This document shows positions 10,506 through 19,491 of a stretch of 64,000 bases of DNA, one piece after another. Position 1 is the first letter of the stretch, and each line of letters starts with the position of its first letter. The notes under the pieces were generated by a model, which was given only the letters and a program-made list of their open reading frames with translations, made no database searches and was not told the origin of the DNA. This stretch comes from Alphaproteobacteria bacterium (GTDB lineage Bacteria; Pseudomonadota; Alphaproteobacteria; Rs-D84). The DNA is taken from the NCBI GenBank assembly GCA_017451625.1, contig JAFTNY010000033.1, forward strand, positions 13,800 through 77,799, in the 5' to 3' direction. The position numbers and the translations under genes were made by a program.

Positions 10506-11807
10506 ATGCGTCATCTAACAATCAGTGTATTGTCGGTGTTTGTTGTATTGCCATCGGTCGCCATCGCGCGTTTGCCGGTGGTGAACCTGTCATCGGGCAG
10601 TGTGTCCGCCCGCGCCGCATTCGGGGAAGAGATTGCCACACCAACACAAAAAATTGCCGCCACACCGGCCAAGGCCACGCGTAAAAAAACGGTCGTCGCA
10701 CGCAGTGCAACCAAACCTGCATCTGTTGCGGTTGATTCTGGTGCGCAAATTGTTGCGTCAAATGATGTCTTGGTGCCACGTCGCCCCAGCAATGATTTAT
10801 GGGCAAAAAATGACAGCGTACTGCGCATGCCATTGCCAAACGAATTTTCTGTTTTGCGCAATGATGGCTTGTTGCCCGAAGAAAGTGTAGATCGCGCCAC
10901 ATCCGCGCCTGTTGCGATGGCATCGGCCAAGATTGCGCCGGCGGTCAAACCAGTGGCGACAGACACGTCGTCTGCATCTGATATTGATGCGCAAATTGCA
11001 CGTTTGGTTGAATTGCAAAAACGTGCATCAGACAGTGTTCGCACCGTATCGCCGCGTGTAATTGCCGCGCCGATTGCAGAAACAAAAAATACAGAACCTG
11101 TATCTGTTGCGTCTGTGGCAACTGCGCCTGTGGCTGAACCTGCGGCTGAAACGGTATCACTGCGCCGTATGGTTGTCCCTATGACCAGTCCAGATGTTGT
11201 TGTTCGTGCGGTTGAAAAAAATACATCGCCGCGGATTGTTTCTGTTCGTGATGATATGACAAAGATGAGCCCCAGCGAACTTCGTCGCGCATTCCGTAAA
11301 ACCTTTTTGTCTGAAAACAAGCATCTGTCGACATTTGCCATCGATGATCGTTTCGATGTTGCCAGTGATATGTCATCGTCAATCGAGGGCTTTACCGCCC
11401 AACAGGACCTGTCCGAAGGGACTGGTATCCGTCCACTGGAAATCAAGATTAAATTCCGCAACGAAGATTCGGCCCTGTCGCGTGAAAACTATACCTTGTT
11501 GACGGAATATGCGGGCATTGTTGTGAACAAACCAACACGTGCAATCCAAATCGCAATTCCGCAATACATGACCAAGAACAAAGACGAACGCAAACTGGCG
11601 GCGCGTCGTTTGGCCATCGTAGAACAGGTTTTGACCGACAACGGCGTATCTCAGCAGCGTATTGTACCGGTCCTGTCGTCGCGTGAAGAATCTGGGTTTG
11701 TCTTGCGCATTATTTCCAGCGACCAATACGAAACCCTGACCCAGCAACAGCGCGATATTTTCGGTGATACGGTCAATAAAAAGTCTTATAAAAGTATGAC
11801 GTGGTAA
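10506..11807 (+). CDS. Secreted low-complexity (Ala/Pro/Val/Ser-rich) protein with degenerate C-terminal OmpA-like peptidoglycan-binding domain
   Basis: Signal peptide 'MRHLTISVLSVFVVLPSVAIA', followed by a long low-complexity region. The C-terminal ~100 aa resemble an OmpA_C-like fold ('...ARRLAIVEQVLTDNGVSQQRIV...'). Confidence 0.5.
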   Translation: MRHLTISVLSVFVVLPSVAIARLPVVNLSSGSVSARAAFGEEIATPTQKIAATPAKATRKKTVVARSATKPASVAVDSGAQIVASNDVLVPRRPSNDLWAKNDSVLRMPLPNEFSVLRNDGLLPEESVDRATSAPVAMASAKIAPAVKPVATDTSSASDIDAQIARLVELQKRASDSVRTVSPRVIAAPIAETKNTEPVSVASVATAPVAEPAAETVSLRRMVVPMTSPDVVVRAVEKNTSPRIVSVRDDMTKMSPSELRRAFRKTFLSENKHLSTFAIDDRFDVASDMSSSIEGFTAQQDLSEGTGIRPLEIKIKFRNEDSALSRENYTLLTEYAGIVVNKPTRAIQIAIPQYMTKNKDERKLAARRLAIVEQVLTDNGVSQQRIVPVLSSREESGFVLRIISSDQYETLTQQQRDIFGDTVNKKSYKSMTW

Positions 11808-12523
11808 AATTCTATAACATGATTTTAGATTTCTTGTTTCCGCCGGCGTGTCCATTATGTGATACGCCGGTTTCAACACATGGTGAATTGTGTGCAGATT
11901 GCTGGGCATCAATGAACTGGATTGATAATCCTAAATGTGCAAAGTGCGGTTATCCATTTGCCGCAGACTTGGATTTGGGTGGTACGCCCCTGTGTCCCGT
12001 CTGTGCGTCTGGTAAATGTGAACTGGATTGGATACGTGCGGCCTGTGTGTACGATGATGCATCGCGTGGCGCAATGTTACCGTTCAAGCATGGTGGCCAG
12101 ATAAAATACGCGCGTTTTATGTCGCGTGCCATGATTTGGGCGTTGCGTGATGTGGTGCTGGACGCAGATATTGTTATGCCGGTCCCACTGGCGAATCGCA
12201 GGTTGTTTCATCGCGGTTATAATCAGGCCGCATTACTGGCACGTCCCATCGCACGTGCGTTGGGTGTAAAAATAGAATTGGATGCGGTTCGTCGTGCATA
12301 TCGTCCCGATATGGGACACAAGAACGCCCGCGAACGCGCCCAAAATATTCATGGCGTATTCAGTGTTGCGCGCCCAGACGCGGTTCGTGGTCGTAAAATA
12401 TTATTGGTTGATGATGTTATGACGACCGGTGCGACGTTTTCAGAATTGCGGCGTGTCTTGATTGATGCTGGGGCGGTGGCTGTATATGGTGTGGTCTTTT
12501 GTCGTGTTGCGCGGGCGATTTAA
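11801..12523 (+). CDS. comF: ComF family protein (phosphoribosyltransferase domain)
   Basis: N-terminal zinc-ribbon 'LDFLFPPACPLCD...CADCW' and PRTase motif 'ILLVDDVMTTGATF'. The start may be the internal Met at ~11819. Confidence 0.75.
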   Translation: MVKFYNMILDFLFPPACPLCDTPVSTHGELCADCWASMNWIDNPKCAKCGYPFAADLDLGGTPLCPVCASGKCELDWIRAACVYDDASRGAMLPFKHGGQIKYARFMSRAMIWALRDVVLDADIVMPVPLANRRLFHRGYNQAALLARPIARALGVKIELDAVRRAYRPDMGHKNARERAQNIHGVFSVARPDAVRGRKILLVDDVMTTGATFSELRRVLIDAGAVAVYGVVFCRVARAI

Positions 12524-13032
12524 CATGTGTATTGCTTTGCGCCCAATCCACCCAGTGTATTTTTCAATTTATTTTGCATTTCCTGCCATATAACCTTGCT
12601 GGAACACATATCAAAGAACGACAGTACGATTTCTTCTGACGGCGAATAGATTTTTCGTTCCTGTGGTACAACGACATTTGCAATTTCTGTATCGTCTAAC
12701 CATATGCTGTATTCAAAGTAATGGTTTTTACCATTGCCAAATGTTGGGCTGGCCTCTAAACTCAACATTATACCATCTGTGGTTATGATGTTGTATTCTT
12801 TTAACGTACCACTGGGGTCATAGAACACAGATACCCAATTCGTTTCGATTATCGATCGAACGATTGTCTGTAATTGTTTATCTGTTGCAAGTGCGTTCAT
12901 GTTTTGCATAATACTCTGTTGTTTTTTTAATATAACACGAAATAAATGTTTGTCAACACAGTTGTGAACTTTATTGCAATATCTGCGATATTGTATTATG
13001 TTTTGCATGTCCAAATATATGTTTTCTTTCAT
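12520..13032 (-). CDS. Hypothetical protein (orphan ORF in locally AT-rich tract)
   Basis: ORF with no recognisable motifs. An internal ATG at 12909 ('MQNMNALATDK...') is a more likely start. It is convergent with comF. Confidence 0.35.
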   Translation of the reverse strand: MKENIYLDMQNIIQYRRYCNKVHNCVDKHLFRVILKKQQSIMQNMNALATDKQLQTIVRSIIETNWVSVFYDPSGTLKEYNIITTDGIMLSLEASPTFGNGKNHYFEYSIWLDDTEIANVVVPQERKIYSPSEEIVLSFFDMCSSKVIWQEMQNKLKNTLGGLGAKQYTC

Positions 13033-13054
13033 CAGGGGGAATATATGAAATTTT

Positions 13055-13563
13055 TTACATTTTTATCAGTTTTATTGGCACCAACGGTTTCTGTTGCGGC
13101 CCTGCCGTATGTCGGTTTGTATCAGACGATTGATGACGAAACCAACGCGCCAAAGTCGATTGTGGCACTGTACGAATATGTCGATGGTGACGATACAAAT
13201 ATCGGTGGTCGAATTGTTGCGCTGTATAACGCAGACGGCACAATTTCTGAAACATTGGCCAATCCCACACGTATCGCAGACAAGGTGTCGGGCCATCCAC
13301 ATATGGTTGGTCTGGATATTATCTGGAATATGGAATGGGATGCCGATGATAACAAATACGAAGACGGCAAAATAATGGATCCAAAATCAGGCAAGGTTTA
13401 TTCGTCTGTTATGTGGCAAGATGCGCCCTCTGTCCTGCATGTTCGTGGCAAGATTGGGCCATTTGGTCGCACCCAGAATTGGAACACGCTGGATGCCGGC
13501 ACATTGCCGCCGGAATTACAGAATCTGGATACCGCCGCGTGGAAACCTGTTGTGCATAAATAA
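13055..13563 (+). CDS. DUF2147-family periplasmic protein
   Basis: Signal peptide then 'GLYQTIDDETNAPKSIVALYEY...GRIVAL...KIMDPKSGKVYSS...LHVRG...GRTQNW', matching the DUF2147 signature as I recall it. Confidence 0.7.
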
Positions 13564-13565
13564 AA

Positions 13566-13590
13566 AGAACGCCCGCATGGGCGTTTTTCT
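13566..13590 (+). terminator. Rho-independent terminator
   Basis: 'aacgcccgcatgggcgttttt'. Confidence 0.75.
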
Positions 13591-13604
13591 TGAAATTTGA
13601 ATTT

Positions 13605-13637
13605 AATCTGCTACGATTTGAAGCAGATTCTTTTTTA
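13605..13637 (+). promoter_or_regulatory. Second hairpin + U-run in valS 5' region (tandem terminator or leader attenuator)
   Basis: 'aatctgctacgatttgaagcagattctttttt', 17 nt upstream of the valS ATG. Confidence 0.4.
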
Positions 13638-13653
13638 TTACAGGACGCATAAC

Positions 13654-16059
13654 ATGAACATAGAACTTGGTAAAAACATAAACCCACGTGAAATTGAAAC
13701 TAAAATTCAAGAATTTTGGGATTCAAATAACTTTTGGAACAACGATGTAAAATCTGACAAGATGCCATTTTGCGTCATGATGCCGCCCCCCAACGTTACG
13801 GGCAGTTTGCACATGGGACACGCAATGAATCAGGTGTTGACCGATATCATGTGCCGTTACAAGCGCATGTGTGGCTTTGATGTTTTGTGGCAACCTGGGA
13901 CGGATCACGCATCCATTGCAACCCAGTTGTTGGTTGAACGCGACCTGTCAAAGCGCGGCATAAATCCGCACTCGCTATCATTGCAGGAAAAATTGGATGC
14001 CGCGTGGGCGTGGAAGGCAGACAAGGGCGGTCAAATTATGAACCAGTTGCATATTCTGGGCGTAACCCCTGTGTGGCAGCGTGAACGCTTTACAATGGAC
14101 CAAGGTCTGTCAGACGCGGTTACAAAACTGTTTGTTAAAATGTATAACGAAGGTCTGATTTACCGCGAAAAGCGTCTGGTAAACTGGTGTCCAAAACAAC
14201 AGACATCTGTTTCGGATCTAGAGGTAGATACCCGCGAAGAACATGGCAAGTTTTATTATTTCAACTATCCATTGGTTGGCGGTGGTGTGATTGAAATTGC
14301 AACCACACGCCCTGAAACATTATTTGGCGATCAGGCGATTGCGGTTCACCCAGAAAACGAACGTTTAAAACATTTGATTGGCACACGTGCGATAATTCCA
14401 TTAACTGATATCGAAATTCCAATTATTGGCGACGAACATGCCGACCCAGACAAGGGAACAGGTGCTGTAAAGATTACACCTGCGCACGATTTTGACGACT
14501 GGGAGGTTGGCCTGCGTCATAACCTGACACCGGTTTGTATTTTGACACCAGATGCCAAGTTAAACGACAATCCTGTTGTACCGGAAAAATATCGTGGCAT
14601 GGATCGCTATGCGGCGCGCGCGGCGGTTGTCGAAGATATTACTGCGGCGGGTCTGTTGGTAAAAATCGAAGACAAGGTTATTCCAACCCCATATTCTGAA
14701 CGTGGTGGTGTGCCGGTTGAACCATATTTAACGGACCAGTGGTTTGTTGATGCTGAAAAATTGGCAATCCCTGCAATTCAGGCCGTAGAGCAGGGCAAGA
14801 TTAAATTTTTGCCTGAACATCGCTATAACTTGTTTATGTCATGGATGAAGAACATCCGTCCATGGACAATTTCACGCCAGTTATGGTGGGGGCATCATAT
14901 TCCAGCATGGTACGACGCAGACGGCAATGTATACGTTGCCGAAACAGAACAACAGGCCATTGAAATGGCTGGGGGCAAGGCGTTGACCCGCGACCCAGAC
15001 GTATTGGATACATGGTTTTCATCTGGTCTGTGGCCGTTCTCGACATTGGGCTGGCCGGAACAGACATTGGAACTGAAAAAATATTATCCAACTGATTTGC
15101 TGTATACTGCGGCCGATATTATTTTCTTTTGGGTTGCGCGTATGGTCATGATGGGGATTTATGTTATGGGCGATGTCCCATTCCACACTGTGAATTTCCA
15201 TGGCTTGATTCGCGATGCCAAGGGACAAAAGATGTCCAAGACCAAGGGCAACGGTACCGACCCGTTGACCGCGGTTGATAAGTTCGGTGTTGATGCGCTG
15301 CGCTATTGGATTTCAACTGCGCCAATCGGCACAGATATTCGTTATTCTGATGACGAGGTCAAGCGTGGATCCAAACTGTTGACCAAGTTGTGGAATGCGT
15401 CCAAATACACATTGATGAATCTGTCTGATTTTGAACCAGAATCCGCCCAGATGATTCCTGTCAGTGAACGCTTTATCGAAGATCGTTGGGTGTTATCAGA
15501 ATTGAATAAAACAATCGCTGAAACCCGCCGTCATTTGGATAAATACGACAATTACAATGCACGTGCCGCGATTGATGCGTTCTTTTGGGACATTTTCTGC
15601 GACCAGTATTTGGAATTTATCAAAGACCGTTTCTGGGCACCTGAAAAATACAGTGCAGAATCTAAATTATCTGCCCAGTGGACATTGTTCACCGTATTGC
15701 GTGCGTTGATTGGTTTGTATGCACCATTTATTCCGTTCCTGACCGAAGAATTATGGCAGAAAATTTATAAATCCACCGAAGGTGGCGAAACACTGCACCT
15801 GACGGCGTTCCCAGATGTTAAATCCGAATATGACACAGATGTGTCAACCATGGATGTTGCGCTGGAATTGTTAAAGAATATTCGTGGCCTGCGCACCGAA
15901 CGCAAGATTGGCAATGGTGCAAAATTGGAAATGTTGACCATCCCATCCGACTTTCCAGAAATCTTGCATGGGTTGATAAAATCTGCCGCGCGCGCGAATA
16001 ATATTCAGGTTGGTGATGCACTGGATTTTGTTGTCGCCGAACAACATGTTATGGGGTAA
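13654..16059 (+). CDS. valS: Valine--tRNA ligase
   Basis: HIGH motif 'PPNVTGSLHMGHA' and KMSKS motif 'KMSKTKGN', with typical ValRS editing and anticodon-binding regions. The start at the internal ATG 13654 ('MNIELGKN') has a better context than the ORF-track start. Confidence 0.95.
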   Translation: MNIELGKNINPREIETKIQEFWDSNNFWNNDVKSDKMPFCVMMPPPNVTGSLHMGHAMNQVLTDIMCRYKRMCGFDVLWQPGTDHASIATQLLVERDLSKRGINPHSLSLQEKLDAAWAWKADKGGQIMNQLHILGVTPVWQRERFTMDQGLSDAVTKLFVKMYNEGLIYREKRLVNWCPKQQTSVSDLEVDTREEHGKFYYFNYPLVGGGVIEIATTRPETLFGDQAIAVHPENERLKHLIGTRAIIPLTDIEIPIIGDEHADPDKGTGAVKITPAHDFDDWEVGLRHNLTPVCILTPDAKLNDNPVVPEKYRGMDRYAARAAVVEDITAAGLLVKIEDKVIPTPYSERGGVPVEPYLTDQWFVDAEKLAIPAIQAVEQGKIKFLPEHRYNLFMSWMKNIRPWTISRQLWWGHHIPAWYDADGNVYVAETEQQAIEMAGGKALTRDPDVLDTWFSSGLWPFSTLGWPEQTLELKKYYPTDLLYTAADIIFFWVARMVMMGIYVMGDVPFHTVNFHGLIRDAKGQKMSKTKGNGTDPLTAVDKFGVDALRYWISTAPIGTDIRYSDDEVKRGSKLLTKLWNASKYTLMNLSDFEPESAQMIPVSERFIEDRWVLSELNKTIAETRRHLDKYDNYNARAAIDAFFWDIFCDQYLEFIKDRFWAPEKYSAESKLSAQWTLFTVLRALIGLYAPFIPFLTEELWQKIYKSTEGGETLHLTAFPDVKSEYDTDVSTMDVALELLKNIRGLRTERKIGNGAKLEMLTIPSDFPEILHGLIKSAARANNIQVGDALDFVVAEQHVMG

Positions 16060-16063
16060 TTCG

Positions 16064-16792
16064 ATGGCCGATAAACTGACAGAAAAACGTACGCTTCAGG
16101 CATATCAGTGCGATCGCTATGGCAACGTTCGTCCGTTGATTTTAATGAACGAATTGCAATCGATTGCCGACCGCCACGCGGAATTTTTGGGTTGTGGTCG
16201 TACATACTGCTTGGAAAATAATGTTGGCTGGGTTGTGATGTACTATCTGGTCGACATTGTTGAATTGCCACGCGAAGGTGAAGAATTAACCTTTACCACA
16301 TGGCCATCATGTCAAGATGCCTTGCGTGCAACGCGTGATTTTGAAATTCATGGTGCCGACGGTCGCTTGATGGTTCGTGCGACATCACAGTGGATTTTAA
16401 TCGATATGGCGCGTCGTCGTCCATTGCCGCTGGCAAATCATCTGTCGCCCGATGTTGTGGTGCCACACCGCGCATACGGCTGTGCGTTTGAAAAATTCCC
16501 AGACTTTGAAACAAACAAAACACATGTTATGAAGTGCCGTTTTGATGACATTGACGTGAATCAGCATATCAATAATGCAGTTTACGCCGTATGGGCAACG
16601 GAAAGTGTTGGCTATGTCTATCGCAGTGCGCATAAACTGCGTAAAATCGACATTTGTTTCAAGAAAGAAATCAGTCCTGATACCCCAGAAATCTGTGTTG
16701 ATGTTGCAATTGATGGATTGGTATCCCGCCACAAGGTTCGCGTTGGCGACACCGAACACGCAACGGTAATATGCCATTGGGAAGAAATATAA
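16064..16792 (+). CDS. Acyl-ACP thioesterase family protein
   Basis: ~243 aa double hot-dog protein: 'YQCDRYGNVRPLILMNELQ...VMYYLVD' and a second half with 'INQHINNAVYAVWA'. Confidence 0.65.
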   Translation: MADKLTEKRTLQAYQCDRYGNVRPLILMNELQSIADRHAEFLGCGRTYCLENNVGWVVMYYLVDIVELPREGEELTFTTWPSCQDALRATRDFEIHGADGRLMVRATSQWILIDMARRRPLPLANHLSPDVVVPHRAYGCAFEKFPDFETNKTHVMKCRFDDIDVNQHINNAVYAVWATESVGYVYRSAHKLRKIDICFKKEISPDTPEICVDVAIDGLVSRHKVRVGDTEHATVICHWEEI

Positions 16793-16825
16793 AAAAACGC
16801 CCCACAGGGGCGTTTATCTTTTTAA
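16793..16825. terminator. Bidirectional rho-independent terminator
   Basis: 'aaaaaaacgccccacaggggcgtttatcttttt' between convergent genes. Confidence 0.75.
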
Positions 16826-17925
16826 TCATTATTGGTTAATTTTTCGTACAGTTCCAACGTCTGTTTACACATTTTCTTGGCGGTATAGCATTTCAAATAT
16901 CGCGCATACGCCAACACTGATAATTTGTTGCGCAAACGTTTATCTTCGATAATGCGACACATATGTTCAGCATATTCATTTGCGTCAATGGCATAGTCTG
17001 GTGCCATTTTTGCATACAGGGCCGCATTATCAAACATTTCTGCCAGTCCCTGACAGTTTGTTGATATTATCGGCAAATTGCGTGCCATGGCTTCGATTCC
17101 TGCGATGGAACATGCCTCGGACGCAGACGCAAACAACGCACAATCAGACATGTCATAGTATTTGGCAACCTCCATTTCATCATCGATTAAGCCCAACAGT
17201 CTTACCGGCAGCCCTTTGGTCAATTCTTCGGGATTTATGCCAGATTCTTTGCCACCCAGTATCAAGACTTCTATCTTGTGCTTTTCTGCGACTTTTTTAA
17301 ACGCAGGTAATATTTTTACCAGTCCTTTGCGCGGACTCCATCCATTTGGGAATATGAATCTGAATACATCATCATGTGGTCGTTGTCCGATTTTTGGTGG
17401 CTCAATTCCGTTCAGAATGACCGTATGTGGTCGCTGGCAATTCATTTCGCGCAGGAATTCCACCCCACGCCCAAACACAGAAATAACATGGTCCATATTA
17501 AAGAAAGGATTGTCCTTGCGATGTGGATTGCCGTCCATAATCCATTGTGGTGAAAAATGCAGTACACCAATCAGTTTGCAATAAAATTGTGTGCGAATTG
17601 TATACGCCAACGATTCCATGCCGGTGCAATTTACTTTTAGTATCAGATTTTCCATCTGTGCAATTTTTTGTCTCCACATATGAACAATCACCCCATTCAG
17701 TATTGGTGCTGGCATGTTTTTTGGATAAAATACAGACAGTTCTGTTTCTGTCTGTGTTATTTTTACTTCCGTTGCATCTGTGCGATATAAAATAATGCGG
17801 TATGTATGCACGTATTCTGGCATATTGCGCGACACAATATCAATGTATCGGCCGATGCCGGTTTGGTAGTTCGCATCACGCGTATCAATTTCAATAACGT
17901 TAATTTGTTGCTGCGTTTTTTTCAT
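16822..17925 (-). CDS. Glycosyltransferase family 4 (GT-B fold)
   Basis: C-terminal 'GIEAMARNLPIISTNCQGLAEMF' EX7E-type motif. It lies 12 nt downstream of the Cys-rich secreted-protein gene, on the same strand. Confidence 0.8.
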   Translation of the reverse strand: MKKTQQQINVIEIDTRDANYQTGIGRYIDIVSRNMPEYVHTYRIILYRTDATEVKITQTETELSVFYPKNMPAPILNGVIVHMWRQKIAQMENLILKVNCTGMESLAYTIRTQFYCKLIGVLHFSPQWIMDGNPHRKDNPFFNMDHVISVFGRGVEFLREMNCQRPHTVILNGIEPPKIGQRPHDDVFRFIFPNGWSPRKGLVKILPAFKKVAEKHKIEVLILGGKESGINPEELTKGLPVRLLGLIDDEMEVAKYYDMSDCALFASASEACSIAGIEAMARNLPIISTNCQGLAEMFDNAALYAKMAPDYAIDANEYAEHMCRIIEDKRLRNKLSVLAYARYLKCYTAKKMCKQTLELYEKLTNND

Positions 17926-17936
17926 GATGTCTTCTT

Positions 17937-19001
17937 TTATTCTTTATATTGGCAGTCTGATGTGAATTTGACTTCAACAGTGCCTTTGTCGTCGGTATAT
18001 GTTGCTGGATTTTGTGTTGGTTTTGCCCAACAACTGGTAATGCCGGACCCCGATGATGAAACATAAGCTGACAACAACCCTGATTCGTATGCAAAGTCCA
18101 GATTGTTGTTTGCGACATCTGGGCAGGTTGCGCAAAAAGCACTAGCGCCTTGGGTGTAAAAAGATAACGGATAATTTACTGCGGACGTACGATAATACCC
18201 AGAACTAGAATCGCACGATTCAACAATAACACCACATTCAAATGCCAGATTGCTGCCCAAAATGCTTGTGGTGCCAAAACATTCGTGCGCAATCAACAGT
18301 GCCCCAGTTCCCTCTACAAAAATATTGCCTCCCATTTCGCACCAGCCTGTCGTAGACATTGAATTACTAAAATAAGTATAAAAAGCGTAAGAGCACTGAT
18401 CTGTACTACCCGAACTCATACCACTAACTGTTATATTGGTAATGATAGTACCTGAACTACAGCTCCCACTATACCAATAATCATAGCAGCTTGTGGCGTT
18501 GCTTAAACAGCATGATGTTATAGTTGTTCCCGATGATAAACAGCATGCTTGTGAATACGTGACCCCATATCCTGTCCCTGCACTACTGTTATTTGAATAT
18601 CGTAAATTACCGCTTACAGCGCTGTCATAATTAAAATTTCCATAATTTGTCGAAATGGATGTTCCCGCAAAACTTCCAGTGGCAGACGGACCTGACGATC
18701 CATAACAATTCAAACTTGTGTTGACCAAATATCCTAGTCCCACCTTGCCATCTGTACACATGCCCCACGCCCGCAGTTTGGCAAGACAGGATGCGTTTGT
18801 GATAATCGGCGAAGAGCTGGTGTTATCGCGAACACATATGGCATTATGACCTATTACACCATTTGCTGAATATGTGGTCAATTTTTCGCAAATCGCACCT
18901 GCGTACCCCGAACAATTTGGGCATGCGGTGCTGTATGTTGCTGCATCTGCACGTGTGGTTGAAAACAATGCAACCAAAAATCCCATTGTGCGCAACGTCA
19001 T
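17937..19001 (-). CDS. Secreted Cys/Ser/Thr/Gly-rich protein (member of a cysteine-rich secreted family; many N-x-S/T sequons)
   Basis: Signal peptide 'MTLRTMGFLVALFSTTRADA' (ATG 19001); ~30 Cys; 'ACPNCSGYAGAIC' motif. The ORF-track extension up to 19157 falls inside the shared 5' element and is probably not translated. Confidence 0.6.
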   Translation of the reverse strand: MTLRTMGFLVALFSTTRADAATYSTACPNCSGYAGAICEKLTTYSANGVIGHNAICVRDNTSSSPIITNASCLAKLRAWGMCTDGKVGLGYLVNTSLNCYGSSGPSATGSFAGTSISTNYGNFNYDSAVSGNLRYSNNSSAGTGYGVTYSQACCLSSGTTITSCCLSNATSCYDYWYSGSCSSGTIITNITVSGMSSGSTDQCSYAFYTYFSNSMSTTGWCEMGGNIFVEGTGALLIAHECFGTTSILGSNLAFECGVIVESCDSSSGYYRTSAVNYPLSFYTQGASAFCATCPDVANNNLDFAYESGLLSAYVSSSGSGITSCWAKPTQNPATYTDDKGTVEVKFTSDCQYKE

Positions 19002-19051
19002 GCGCCGCGCGGTGTTGCGCACATTTTGCCATCTAAAATCCAACTGACCGT

Positions 19052-19201
19052 TTGGATTCGGCAGAAAAAATGGGGGAAAAAATGCAGAATTTTGGGATAA
19101 AAATATGGGAAAAAATGCCGAATATAAACGGTGGTTTAGATTCGGCATTTTATTCAAAATTCTATGCGCAAATTATATAAACAATGTGCTTTTTTCGCAA
19201 G
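19052..19201 (-). repeat. Diverged copy (A) of a conserved ~150-bp 5' module found upstream of Cys-rich secreted-protein genes
   Basis: Shares 'acttgc(g/a)aaaaa', two 'gccgaatc(t/c)aa' boxes and 'atccca(g/a)a(a)ttctgcatttttt' with the copies at 30380 and 51289. Confidence 0.5.
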
Positions 19202-19227
19202 TAGATTCTGTCGCCATATCCACTGAT

Positions 19228-19266
19228 AAAAATAAAAAAAATGGCTGTCGCCACCATTTTTATTTT
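19228..19266 (-). terminator. Rho-independent terminator downstream of tRNA-Pro
   Basis: Minus-strand hairpin 'aatggtggcgacagccatt' followed by a T-run. Confidence 0.6.
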
Positions 19267-19268
19267 TA

Positions 19269-19345
<77 letters not shown>

Positions 19346-19491
19346 CAATCCACAGGCGATTATGCAATGATTTAAACAAAATTGCAATGCTTTAATTTGC
19401 ATGGCCGATTGGAAATTTTTTTCACATTTTTACTTGTATTTTTGTCTATCTGGCCCCATATTTATAACTGCTTTATGCATAAAACAAAGGA

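Noticed and set aside
10511-11461. 316-aa minus-strand ORF antisense to the OmpA-like secreted protein gene
   Set aside because: It is Ser/Arg/Ala-rich low-complexity sequence generated by the complement of an Ala/Pro/Val-rich coding region. The plus-strand ORF has a signal peptide, an RBS and a recognisable C-terminal domain.
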